Positions 1 to 12,500 of a DNA stretch of 64,000 nucleotides are shown here, one piece after another; position 1 is the stretch's first letter; each line of letters opens with the position of its first letter. Made by a program: the position numbers and the translations under genes. The notes beneath the pieces are model-generated. The model did no database searches. It was not told the DNA's origin and saw only the letters and a list, made by a program, of their open reading frames with translations. The stretch spans positions 151,900,001 through 151,964,000 of the forward strand of contig OZ024743.1 of the NCBI GenBank assembly GCA_964016885.1. Reading direction: 5' to 3'. Origin of the DNA: Eledone cirrhosa. Lineage: Eukaryota.

Positions 1-270
1 AGACTGAAAGTGTAAAGCTTAGTGTTGGATTCATGATCATAAGGGTTTGAGTCTGATCTCTAGACTGCACAGTGCATTTTGTCCTTAAGCAAGACATTTT
101 ATTTCAGCTGAAAAAATTAGTAAAAACAGCAGCTTGGAAGGTGTGGTTAAGTTTGTGGTGTACTGGTACCTTGTCCAAGAGGATGTCTTGTACCCTCAGT
201 TGCTTAAAATCTCATGAAACTAGGTTAAGCCCCAGTATCATGAGTTTCTAGACTCAAGACAGTCATTAAC
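1..270 (+). mobile_element. Degenerate tRNA-derived SINE (CORE-like body)
   Basis: gtccttaagcaagacattttatttc matches the body of the better preserved SINEs at 6577, 8258 and 23170; decayed B-box-like region upstream. Confidence 0.5.
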
Positions 271-896
271 TAAACTAACAAAACTTTAGCATTGATAAAA
301 TAAATAGAGCAAATATTAAAAGAAAGATAATTTTTTTTCTTTTTTTTGCAAAGGAAATTTGTTTTATTTTGCTGATTTAGAAAGTTTCTACTTTCTATTC
401 TTTAGATGAGCTGTTAAAGTCTATTTCAGATTTTGTTTGGTATCAAAAATTTATAAGAGGTGACATAAAAAGAAATTATCAGCAAATCACCAAAGTCCAT
501 TACATAATTTAGTTTTCTGTAATTTTTTAGACAGTTAATTTTACTATATTGAAACAACAACCAAAATGTTAGACAGAAAATAGTTGATATATGTCATGCT
601 TTTATTTTACTAAATTCCAATAATAGATCAAACCACTTTTATCATATGCATATATAACATCTTGCCAACTTAACTCTTTCTAACATTTAGTTGTCTTATC
701 AGTATGTTAAAGTGTAGAGTCTTCAAACATATATTCCAATCCACCATCTAAAAGTGAGATTACATTTCTTCAATAACACATTATCTTTGTCTTCAAACTA
801 CTATTTATATCTTTTTTTTTTTCACTTTACCTTTTTATATCCTATGTTCTGTCTCAAGCAAGCTTCTTTTCTTCTACTTTTCTTAATTACGCTTTT

Positions 897-1124
897 GAGC
901 TCCGGCTGTTTCAACAGCTAGATCCGAACCGAATCACTGCTATTCAGGTGGCGGAAAAATAACTGGCATTCTTAGGGGCTAAGGGTGATTCAGTTCGAAT
1001 CTAGGTGTTGAAACGGCCAGAGCTCAGCCGTTGGGGTCACAAATATTTCACATTACCCACTTTACTACCTCAAGTATCAAGTACTCTGGTGAGTAATGGC
1101 CTAACTGGTTTTTACCGCTTCCAT

Positions 1125-1128
<4 letters not shown>
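897..1128. mobile_element. Short fold-back element, same family as 7960-8169
   Basis: Inverted arms 897-937 and 985-1025; 1008-1120 aligns with the reverse complement of 7965-8094; ends in (TA)n. Confidence 0.7.
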
Positions 1129-1161
<33 letters not shown>

Positions 1162-1171
1162 ATATTCTTGT

Positions 1172-1467
1172 TTAGTTGACCTTGAAAACGTATATGACTG
1201 CATTCCTCAGTACCTGCTGTTGAAAATTGTGCAGGAGTATGGGATTGATGGTCAGCTTCTTGCTGAGTATTTGTTACTTGATAAAGTGTATAGCTTGGTG
1301 ATCAGAAAATCACTCCAGGTAGAGCCACTACTTCTCCAAATTGAGAGATCACAGCTCCAATCCTATGAGCTTGAGGTTAGAATGTTGGAGACAGTTGCGT
1401 CTGACAGGACCCACTGGAATGAGTGTTTGAGGACTCTGCCTCCATGACCCTCTCAGGAATAAATGGG
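1172..1467 (+). mobile_element. Internally deleted RTE-like LINE remnant
   Basis: Translates to VDLENVYDCIP...EYGIDGQLL (RT motif like VDLEKAFDRVP) followed by C-terminal VEPLLLQIERSQL; 3' part is homologous to 36155-36765. Confidence 0.6.
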
Positions 1468-1547
1468 AGAAGAAGAAGAAGAAGAAGAAGAAGAAGAAGA
1501 AGAAGAAGAAGAAGAAGAAGAAGAAGAAGAAGAAGAAGAAGAAGAAG

Positions 1548-1577
<30 letters not shown>
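1468..1577 (+). repeat. (GAA)n microsatellite, about 36 units, at the 3' end of the LINE remnant
   Basis: Direct reading. Confidence 0.98.
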
Positions 1578-1579
<2 letters not shown>

Positions 1580-1684
1580 TATTCAACTCAGGCTATTTTT
1601 ATTATGTATAGATTTAATTTAATTTGACATTTGAGTGACATGACTTAACCTTTAGACTTCTTTGGCAATGATCTGAGTGGTCCT

Positions 1685-1915
1685 GTATATGGTTGCTTGA
1701 CCTGCTAGAAATAATAGTTAAACCACCCATGTATCACACCTAATCTTCTCAAAAAGAGAAAATCACATTCAATAATGTAGTTGCAGATACATCATGCCTG
1801 AAAAAGAATGATGGGATGATCATGGCTGAAATATCATAGCTCTATTTAATCAGGGACTAACCCAGATATTTAATCAGGGACTAACCCAGAGAGGGGTCAC
1901 TACCAACAACATCAA
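1685..1915 (+). repeat. Old dispersed repeat (SINE-like 3' part); related copies near 30050-30240, 39050-39150, 39540-39720 and 57100-57200
   Basis: Shared motif acctgctagaaatagcagccaaatct...catggctg...atcagggctga; local 24-bp tandem duplication at 1843-1890. Confidence 0.5.
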
Positions 1916-2449
1916 TGATAACCACCTTCTTTAAATACAAAGAATTAGTTATTTTCATTGACTAATCCTGTAAGTTACATACTACCAGACCTACTAACAC
2001 TGAACATTTATGTTCTTTTTCTGAACTGTAGGCACAGTCCATCCAACAGATTTCTACACAGTTACTGTTTACTCAATTTTAGCTATAAGATACCATGGTA
2101 AATGACACTTGTTCAGTAAGATCAAGTCTTGGACCTTAAGATTCAGAAGAGAACTTCTTAACCACATAACCATGTCTGTGTTTACATTCAGATACTTTTC
2201 ATATGCAAACACCATTCTAGTTCTGTGTCACCAGCCAAATGGTTTACAGGTTTACAAACCAAACAAGGAAGCCTTTATAAGGTCACTTGAGCTGCTAGAA
2301 TTAGAAGTCAAATGTTCTTCAAGTTAAACACCAACATTTTTAAAAGAAAAGGAAACATTCAATAATTTGGTTCTACAATATTATGACATCTTTCATCCTA
2401 AGTCTATTTATCCCAGTATTACAGTCCCTGTTCAAATTCTTTCTTTTTT

Positions 2450-2825
2450 TTTTCCTTTACTGGTTTCAGTAATTATACTTCAGTGAAATTGGGATCCAAC
2501 CTTCAAGGGTTTTAGCTGATCATAATGACCCTAGTACTTAGTTCGGTCTGTTATATATTAATATATATTTAATGAAGAGGTTAAGTTACCTTTTATCACA
2601 ATACTTTCTTTTTAATCTGGTGGTGATGTATCAAGTGCATATACACACATATATGAATTACATATAAACATCCGGCATTTGGATTGGCAGTATCTAAAAT
2701 ACTCCACTTACAACGTGTTATTCAATCCAAGGATATAGAATACACATTCTTAAGTTTCCACACAGTGAGATCAAACTTCAAACAGCATTGTTTTGAAGCA
2801 AACTTCTTAACCACAGTCATGTTTG
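2450..2825 (-). mobile_element. Degenerate tRNA-derived SINE; related copy at about 30295-30610
   Basis: Reverse strand begins with gcaaacatgactgtggttaagaagtttgcttc (A-box-like); same head at 33432 and 55722. Confidence 0.45.
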
Positions 2826-2997
2826 CATCCATCCTCTAACCAGAAAACATTTTTCTAAATAGTAAATATGACAGTATAAGAATCACCTGGATTCAAAAGA
2901 GGCCCATTTTAGTAATTATTCTACCAAATATTTTATGGAAGATTACATAAGGCACTAATGCTTGTGAAGGCAAACCAGATTTCTAAATCCTTTATGA

Positions 2998-3180
2998 TAA
3001 TTGTTTCTACTTTTGGCACAAGGCCATCAATTACACAGTACATTACTGGTACTTTATTTTATCGACCCCGTAAGGATGAAAGGCAAAGTTAACCTCGGCG
3101 GGATTTGAACTCAGACCGTAAAGGGACGTAACTATGCTGGAAAGCATGGCGTCCGACCCTCTACCGATACTGCCAATCCA
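2998..3180 (-). mobile_element. tRNA-derived SINE with Meta-like central domain
   Basis: Reverse strand reads gagttcaaatccc (B box) then gcctttcatccttacggggtcgataaaataaagtacc; copies at 34043, 42545 and 57255. Confidence 0.75.
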
Positions 3181-4529
3181 AATGCCGGATTAACATAGGC
3201 TGATTGAAAACAGAGAATATAATCTTTCCTGTGTGGAAGCATGGTCTCCATAAACTATATAATTTACTGTTTGTAATGAAGGTTTGTTCAATAAATCATA
3301 TGAGCTAATATTTCTATTTAGTTTGATTTTATTTCTCAAGAGATGAAAAATCTTAAAGAAATAATAGTGGATCGTTTTGGAAATGCTGTAAGCTCCGTAT
3401 TTCTACACCTGGAGTATAATTTCTGAAGTTTAGTGTAGTCAAGGAGATAAAAACCTATGAGTTATGGCCAGAAATTGTTAAATGAGAGAGACAGAAAACT
3501 TAGTGCGAATAAAAGATCTATATCACCAAGCAGTAACATTATTGGCAAGTTGTGTCTTTACAAATTAAAATTCACCCACATGCAGGCACACACACACAAT
3601 AAAACATACATACACACATATAGTAAATAAAGCAAAAATACACAGTTAAATAAATATATAAATATGTGAATTCACACAGGGAGGTAAACGAAATGAAAAC
3701 CAACAAAAACAATTGTATGTAAATCTAGATGCTATAAATTTTAGTGTATAGACAGTAAGTATAAAATAAAAATATAACTCACATATTCAGAGACAGGCAC
3801 AAGATATATTGAACAGAAATCAGTTTCAAACTATTTTTAAAACTAATGTCAGAAATTTTCTTATTAGGGAAATGAAAAAAATAATAAATAAATTAAAAAT
3901 AAAGAAAAATTCGAAGAAATAAGTCTTTCTTTGGGTATTTTAGCAATAAAAAGAAAAGCTGTTGGAATATTTTTCTACATTATGAATAAAAAAAAAAGGA
4001 TGTGTGTACATGTGTATTTATTTATGCATATGTGTATCTGAAATTATGTAGTTGTGTGTGACTTTGAGTAAGTGTCAGCATGTTTGTATGTCATTGTGTG
4101 TGTGCATGCACTTGCATATATGTGTATCTGTCTGAATGTGTGCATGTGTATGTACACGTGCATTGGCATCACTTTGCAAATTTCTTTCTCTCAGAGGATA
4201 CATAGATTTTTCCAAGTAAACAGAATCTTAATGACAGATCTCAGAAGGTTGTCTGAGTTGATGAACTATGTTACTACAGCATAAGGAATCAACAAAAATG
4301 GCATCATAAAGAAAGCCAGTTAAAACTACTCAGATCCTGTTCAATGTTCAAATCAGAAGATTTCTTCCATATGAAAAGTGTTTTCTTTGGTTGTTTATTT
4401 ATTTATTTTGCTTTTACAATATTTTGTTCTGCTTCCTTTTATTTTGTTTTGAGTCCTTGACATTAAATATAATGATAGCTAAGTTAACTTACACTCAATT
4501 TCTCTCCTTTAAAAATACTAATAACAGAA

Positions 4530-4845
4530 GACTACACATACCAACAAGACTCTGTGCTGTCTCATAAGGCCAAGATGATTCAAGAATGGATGAGTTATGA
4601 TCTCCAGGATCATGCCACTCCAAACATATAGCTTCCTAGCTCTTCAAACCTGAATCCGTTGAACTACTATGTATAGGCACAGTTGAGAAGGAGTCAATCA
4701 ATACTCCCATAATACTATAACATCTATGAAGTCCTCCATAACTAGCATAACATCAAACATAGATAAATATAATCTAATGCGAGAATGTCAATGTTTCAGA
4801 CCTCATATTGAAGCAGTCATCAATGTTAATAAGGGATTTGTCTCT
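4530..4845 (+). pseudogene. Tc1/mariner (DD37D/maT-like) transposase C-terminal remnant
   Basis: Translates QQDSVLSHKAKMIQEW...*LPSSSNLNPLNYYV*, then after frameshifts ECQCFRPHIEAVINVNKGF; 37 residues separate the QQD Asp from the third catalytic position. Confidence 0.75.
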
Positions 4846-5140
4846 GGAAAAGATTTGTCCTGAGCTGAATGAACTATTCCTCTTAGCTGTGGTCACCCTA
4901 CAGAGTCAAACTAACCACAGAATTTAAGCAATCCAACAATGCTACACCAAGAGGATTGCCTTGATGAAGGAGATGAGCCACTGAGAGAGGCTGAAATAAA
5001 TAAATCTCTAATCCCTAGAATAAGAGATTTATGATCCAGTGACCAGGGGCCGTTTGACAGCTAATAGCAATGTGATGGTGTGTATTCTATATACTAAAAT
5101 CTAGGTGGTTCAGTTCTAACTTTAGGATTGCTGGTTCAAA

Positions 5141-5392
5141 TCATGGTGGTTTGAAGTTTGTGAATCTGGTAGCTATTTTATGCCTACAGAAAATTGATCT
5201 TTCTATTTTGCTGTTAAGCCGCATCTTATCGTACCTTAAAATATAGAGTAGTTCTAAATTACAAAGTCCGCAGTGGGACATTCCGTTGCTGTAGGCCCTT
5301 GATACCGATAATTTTGACCAGCTAATCTTATATTCTTGGTTTTTGTTTACCATATATATTTTATTATTGATGTTATTGTTTTGATTATACAC
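5141..5392 (-). pseudogene. Penelope-like element, C-terminal endonuclease fragment
   Basis: ISWSKL..SRAYSNGMSHCGLCNLEL..I......LNSKIE....CRHK resembles the PLE C-terminus W..AY..CxLC..EK..LNxRxE..CRH. Confidence 0.7.
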
Positions 5393-5440
5393 TATTCTTC
5401 TATATATATCTTGCCTCGAGTGAATTATTTTTATATCTTC

Positions 5441-5551
5441 GTACTCTGATGTGTTGATCAGAGGTAAATAATGTATTGGAGATCGAGTGACGCAACTTCA
5501 AGCGATTAGCAACCTCTAGACTCACCTGATCAATGAAACAATTGTCAGTAC
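5441..5551 (+). ncRNA. Type-I hammerhead ribozyme motif with long stem II
   Basis: Stem I gtact/agtac; core CTGATGT (A9 variant); stem II gttgatcag...ctgatcaat; GAAAC-AATT-GTC with palindromic stem III and GUC site. Confidence 0.7.
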
Positions 5552-5810
5552 TTGAAATAAAGCCCCTTATTGTACAGCCAACCATGTTACTCTTCATTCT
5601 TTCACTATTATTACTCCAAGCATAGGAATTACCGCGAACTCGCTGCATAACTATGGAAACATCTTGCTGAGTCAAACAAAGCCGTACGTTAAAACTATCC
5701 ACGACGCAGAGTACTCACAACCTCTAACTGGATTACCTAGAACGATAACTTGTTATCCCATATATATATATATATTTGTATGTGTGTGTGTGTATGTACA
5801 TTTATGAGTA

Positions 5811-6279
5811 CTAGCAGAAAAACTACCCTTTGGGTGGTTTTCTGCACGCATGCGTAGTGTGCATATTGATATTATACACAAGTATATATGCATATAGATA
5901 TGATACAACAAATAAAATCGTAATTGACAATATACACAGAAATTGAACGAAGACTGTGTTACACTGTCTTCTGTAATCAGTAACGTAATCCATGATACAT
6001 TAAAAAAAGACGATATTAGGAGAAAATTAGTGACGGAAATATATGAATGTTTATTTAAGTAATCACTAACCAGAAGTGTTGACATTTGAAAATTTTAAAG
6101 AAGTGAATCTTAAAATAAGCAACAAAATTATTTATATTTAATTAAGAATAACGAAATTTAGTAGATAAATTATGTAATATTCATTCATTATTCAAAGTAA
6201 TCTAACTTATTTTACAAACGGGATAAAAAAAATATATTCTGGACGCAGTCCCGCACTCCTTACTTTATTATAGTTATGA
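5811..6279 (-). mobile_element. Non-autonomous Helitron-like element
   Basis: Reverse strand starts A|TCATAACTATAATAAAG and ends with hairpin aaaaccacccaaagggtagtttt then CTAG|T. Confidence 0.6.
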
Positions 6280-6576
6280 TGATCTCTTACTAGGTCATCA
6301 TAGTATGACACACCTCACCCCCATGTTGCCTATTCAGCTTCCTGTTTACACATAAGATAGTCTTTGAATGTCCAACACATGCCAACACGTGCCCACGCGA
6401 AACGTGCGTAAGAGGTATACAATATAAATATAAATACATATACACTTTTATGTATATGTGCGTGTGTGTGTATGCACACACACACACATATTTCTACATG
6501 CTTATATATATATGTATATATACATATAAATGCATGTATGATATATATTCATATATGTCATACATGCATATATATA

Positions 6577-6935
6577 CATCATCATCATCATCATCATTCA
6601 TCATCATTTCATTTTACGTCCGCTTTTTCCCTGCTTGCAAGGGTGGGACGGGATCTGATTCTGGCTTGATTTCTACAGCTGGATGCCCTTCCTAACACCA
6701 ACCTCATTTACAGTGAGTACTCGGTGCTTTTTTGCCGTGGCACCTCCACGACCATTTTGCAGTGGAATGATAGGGACTGGGGTCCCTATCATCTCATTTC
6801 TACAGCTGAGTAAACTGGAGCAATGTGAAATAAAGTGTCTTGCTCAAGGAAACAACACATCACCCGGTCTAAGAATTGAACTCACAACCTTTCTATTGCA
6901 AGGCCAATGCTCTAACCACTAAGCCATGTGCCTCC
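6577..6935 (-). mobile_element. tRNA-derived CORE-like SINE with RTE-derived 3' end and (GAT)n tail
   Basis: A box tggcttagtggt, B box gagttcaattc, ccttgagcaagacacttt body, 3' half matches the RTE 3'UTR at 51730-51885. Confidence 0.85.
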
Positions 6936-6937
6936 AA

Positions 6938-6969
<32 letters not shown>

Positions 6970-7179
6970 GCAACATCAAAAGAGATTGATATATAATACA
7001 TAACGATTGTGCAGCTCAATGATTGCTCTAGAGTGAATTGAAGCTAAAAGTCGAAGATCTCAGAGAGCTTGCCAATAACATAGGAAGTCACATATCTAAT
7101 ATTTTGCAGGGGAACACTATAATTCAGCTAAAACTGAGAGAAAGAATAAGTTTTATACTCACATAGCAACTAAGTGTAC

Positions 7180-7413
7180 TCACACACACACACATATATG
7201 TATGTATGAATGTATGTATATACACAATATACAGAATATACACATATATAAATACAAATATACATATGTATAAATATATATCTATGCATATATATATATA
7301 GCTATATGTATATATACATATATTATATATATATACATATTATATATACATATATACATATATACATATGTATACATATATATATATATACATATATATA
7401 TATAAATATATAC

Positions 7414-7444
<31 letters not shown>

Positions 7445-7489
7445 CATATGTATACATATATATATACATATATATATATAAATATGTAC

Positions 7490-7520
<31 letters not shown>

Positions 7521-7531
7521 CATATGTATAC

Positions 7532-7600
<69 letters not shown>
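7180..7600. repeat. Imperfect (TA)n/(CA)n microsatellite
   Basis: Direct reading. Confidence 0.95.
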
Positions 7601-7602
<2 letters not shown>

Positions 7603-7825
7603 ATAAAAGGAACGATCGACTTTCGTCAAATCGGACCGAGGGAACAATGTTTCCGTTGGTCTTTCCAATTGCTAATACTATCTATCGGTCGCAACTCCAC
7701 GTAGAAGGAGCAACGTGAAATAAAGTGTCCTCCTCAAGGATATAACGCATCGCCAGGTCCAGGAATCGAACTCACAACCTTACGATTGCGAATCCAATTC
7801 TCTAACCACTCAGCCACGCGCCTTC
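7601..7825 (-). mobile_element. tRNA-derived SINE, second subfamily (near-identical copy at 43352-43577)
   Basis: Reverse strand ggcgcgtggctgagtggttagag...gagttcgattcc; distinct 3' body. Confidence 0.85.
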
Positions 7826-7842
7826 ACTATATAAATATATAC

Positions 7843-7881
<39 letters not shown>

Positions 7882-7898
7882 CATACATATATACATAC

Positions 7899-7933
<35 letters not shown>

Positions 7934-7959
7934 CATATTATATATATATATATATATAA

Positions 7960-8169
7960 CAAAGGAATTGTGGTAAGGAACCAGATGGTAAGGAACCAGA
8001 CAGACCATAACGCACCAGAGTACTCAATACTTAGGGTAGTAGAGTGGGAAATAGGAAAAAGTATGGCCCCGATGCAGAGCTCAAGTCGTTTCGACGGCTA
8101 TTTCTGGACGTCCCAAAATAGCTGTCGAAACGGCTTGAGCTCTGCCGTCGGGGTCATACTTTTTCCTAT
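7960..8169. mobile_element. Short fold-back element flanked by (TA)n
   Basis: Inverted arms 8051-8103 and 8116-8169; left arm extends about 90 bp further; CGAAAC in both arms. Confidence 0.75.
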
Positions 8170-8205
8170 ATATATATACATATACATATATATATATATA
8201 TACAT

Positions 8206-8254
<49 letters not shown>

Positions 8255-8257
8255 ATT

Positions 8258-8596
8258 TTCATTTCATTTCATTTTACGTCCACTTTTTCCCTGCTTGCAA
8301 GGGTGGGACAGGAACTGATTCTGGCTTGATTTCTACAGCTGGATGCCCTTCCTAACACCAACCTCATTTACAGTGAGTGCTGGGTGCTTTTTTTGCCGTA
8401 GAACCTCCACGACCACTTTGCAGTGGAATGATAGGGACCCCAGTCCCTATCATCTCATTTCTACAGCTGATTAAACTGGAGCAATGTGAAATAAAGTGTC
8501 TTGCTCAAGGAAACAACACATAACCCGGTCTGAGGATTGAACTCACGACCATTCGATTGCAATGCCAATGCTCTAACCATTAAGCCATGTGCCTCC
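8258..8596 (-). mobile_element. tRNA-derived CORE-like SINE with RTE-derived 3' end
   Basis: Close copy of 6577-6935. Confidence 0.85.
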
Positions 8597-8598
8597 AT

Positions 8599-9162
<564 letters not shown>

Positions 9163-9557
9163 TCATCATCATCATCATCAACGTTTAACGTCCGTGTTCC
9201 ACGCTTGCATGGGTTTGGACGGGGGTAGTCCCACTTGAGGCAAGAGTGATTGTCTTGCTCGCATAGGACTGTCTGGCAGGTTTTCTACAGTTGGATGCCC
9301 TTCCTAACACCAACCACATTTACAGTGTGGGTCTGGGAGGTTTTTACCGTGTTGCCTACACGGCCACATTACAGTGTGGACTGTGTGTTTTTTTGTCGTG
9401 ACACCTACACGATCTCATTTGTTTCGGCCTCGATGGCGCGGCACCAACATAACTTTACATAGAACGGGGTGGTGTGGATGGGGTGGGGGTGGTGGTGGTG
9501 GGACGGGGTGTATTTTGTTAGAGATGCCTACTGGCTGGAGTAGGTTTTACTATATAT

Positions 9558-12500
9558 TTAGGTAAGGCGGGTCTTCTCTGTTACTGAGTACCGCCAAAGG
9601 TCTCGGTCCAGTGACATTGTCTTGGAGAGGTGTAAGTGTGTGATGTCGGAGTTTATCAGCTCGTCCCAGGTTTTTCTAGGTCTGCCTATTCCGTGACTAC
9701 CGTCTATCTTTATTGCCCTGCACTTTGTTATACAGCTATCGACTTTCATGCGCATCACGTGTCCATACCAACGTAGCCTTCTCTCGAGTAAACAACATCT
9801 GATCCCTCTTATCTCTAATTTTTTCCTTAGTTCGTTTATGCTTTGCCGTTCACGTATATTACTGTTACACATCCAGCGGAGCATGCAAGCTTCATTCCTC
9901 TCTAGTCTGCGTATATCCTCTGCACACAATGCCCAGGTCTCACTGCCATGCAGCATTGCTGTTCGTATGCAGGCATCGTACAACCTGCCTTTCATTTTTA
10001 GGGAGAACCCTTTAGCAGCTAATAGTGGTATAAGCTCTCTGAACTTTTTCCAACCAGTTCTGACTCTAGCTACAGTACTTTCAGAGCACCCTCCCCCACT
10101 GCTGATTTTATCGCCCAGGTAACGGAAGCTGTCCACTATTTCTATAGAACCCTCTGCGCAATTGAAAGAGCTAGTATTTTGTGGGCACTTGCTGCTACTT
10201 ATTGCACCAGAGCACCGGCCACATGTAAAATCTATGTTCTTAGTTAGCTTACCTGTGATCCCACTACATCTTTTATGCACCCATACTTTGCATTTAGGAC
10301 ATAAAATAGAGTTTCTACCTACGCCTTTCCTACACACCGAGCACGACCATTTCCCAGAAGGGACCGCCGCCTTGTTTTCTTTCCTACAAACTAGTACTTT
10401 GGTCTTAGCCAGGTTAATTTTAAGTCCTTTTGACTCTAGGCCGTGCTTCCATGTTTGGAATTTCTTCTCTAGCTCGGCCATTGATTCCGCTATGAGTGTC
10501 AGGTCGTCTGCGTATAGGAGTTCCCATGGGCAGCCTGTCTTGAACTCCTCTGTTATAGCCTGAAGGGCAATAATAAATAGTAGTGGGCTGAGAACAGAGC
10601 CCTGATGGACGCCAACTTTTACGCTTAACTCTTCACTATATTCGTTGTTAATTCTAACCTTGCTGACTGTTTCTTTATACATGGCTTGTATAGCCCTCAC
10701 AAGCCATTCGTCAACGCCTAGTTTTCTAAGAGCCCACCAGATAATGGAGCGGGGGACTCTGTCGAAGGCTTTCTCCAAGTCGACAAAAGCTAAGTAGAGG
10801 GGTTTACCTTTAGCTAGGTACTTCTCCTGTAGTTGTCGTACTATGAAAAGAGCGTCTGTGGTACTTTTGCCTGACACAAACCCGAACTGCATTTCATCTA
10901 GGTCAATTCTCTCTCTGATTAGTTGCGCTATTACTTTTTCCGTGACCTTCATGACCTGGTCGATTAATTTAATGCCTCTATAGTTACTCCTATCTAGGGC
11001 GTCTCCTTTACCCTTATAACAGTTAACGATGATGCTGCTATGCCAGTCCTTCGGAACAACCCCATTCTGTATGACTTGGTTAACTATGCGGGTGACCATG
11101 GTGTGTCCCACCGTGCCAGATGCCTTCAGCATCTCAGCAACTATTTCCGAAGGCCCAGCCGCCTTACCCATCTTCATATCCTTGATTGCCTTACTTATTA
11201 TACTCCCCTCGACTAACACTGCTGGTCCTTCTACTGGGTCGATATGGGGGAGACTGTCTTTCTCCCATTTATTCTCCTCATTTAGTAGCCTTTCATAGTG
11301 ACACTTCCAAGCTACCTTCTTATCAGCGTCGGTGATGGCAAGTGTGCCATCGTCGTTTAGTACACACTTCTCCCCGACAATATCACGGTTTTCCTTGACA
11401 CATTGCCTAGCAATCCTGAACACCTCACGTTTTTGGTCATCGCGTTGTAGAACATGCTTGAACTTTCTTTCCTCAGCTTCCCTTCTTGCTAAGTACACTT
11501 GTCTCCTAGCTTCCCTCCTGGCCACTTGATAGTCTTCTCTACTTCCCCCATCCCGCCATACTTTCCAAGCCTGCTTTTTGGCCTTAATTGACCCCTCCAC
11601 CTTACTGTTCCACCACCATGTTACTCTCCTCCTGCCTACAGGCCTGCTCCAGCCACAGACTTCGTCTGTCGCCAACAGCAGGTTTGCTTTCAGAAATTCC
11701 CACTCTCCCTCTATATTGTCCGACTGTAAATGTTCTTCCTTACTGTCGAAAGCATCAAGTAATATGCTTTGAAATTTATTCCTGGCTGTGGGGTCCTTTA
11801 GCTTCCATATTTTTCTCCTGAGGATAGTCCTCTTCTGCTGTCGAGTACGTCTCGTCCTGACTATGAGGTCGCTAATTATCAGTCTATGTTGGGAGGTGCA
11901 TTCTTCATGGGGGAGGGATTTAGTGTTTACAACAGACACTCTGTCACGTCTTCTGGTAAGGATATAATCTACCTGGCTTGTGTGTTCCCCGGATCTATAG
12001 GTGATCAGGTGATTGTCACGTTTTTTGAAGTTAGTGTTACAGATAGTTAGGTTATTTGCATCACAGAATTCCAGGATTCTGGAGCCTTCCTCATTTCTAG
12101 TACCAAACCCATAGCCTCCATGGATTTCGTCGTAGCCGTCACAATGTTGTCCAACGTAACCATTTAGCTCGCCTGCGATAATTATATAGTCACTGTCGGA
12201 TATTTGGGAGGTAGTTAGCATCAGTGTCTCATAGAATCTGTCTTTTATAGTGCCGGGCAGTCCGGATTGGGGTGCGTACGCAGATATTACTGTCACCGTA
12301 GTTCTATTGAGGACAAGTTGTATTTTAATTATTCTGTCGTTCACTCTATTTACGTCTATTATCTTATCTGCCCACTTTTCTGCTACCATGATTCCTACTC
12401 CACCCAGCCCATCGTCGTTTCCCACCCAGAAAAGCTTATAACATCGTTTTTTACCCTCAATGAACCTAGCAGACCCACCCCTCCACCTGGTCTCTTGAAT

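Noticed and set aside
1377-1611. Poly-Leu and poly-Arg ORFs
   Set aside because: Translations of the (GAA)n tract
4968-5010. GATGA-gcc...ggct-GAAA hammerhead-like string
   Set aside because: Lacks the CU of the core and a separate stem I strand; too degenerate to call
8525-8596. tRNA-like sequences with A and B boxes
   Set aside because: They are SINE heads running into repeat bodies; no complete cloverleaf was evident
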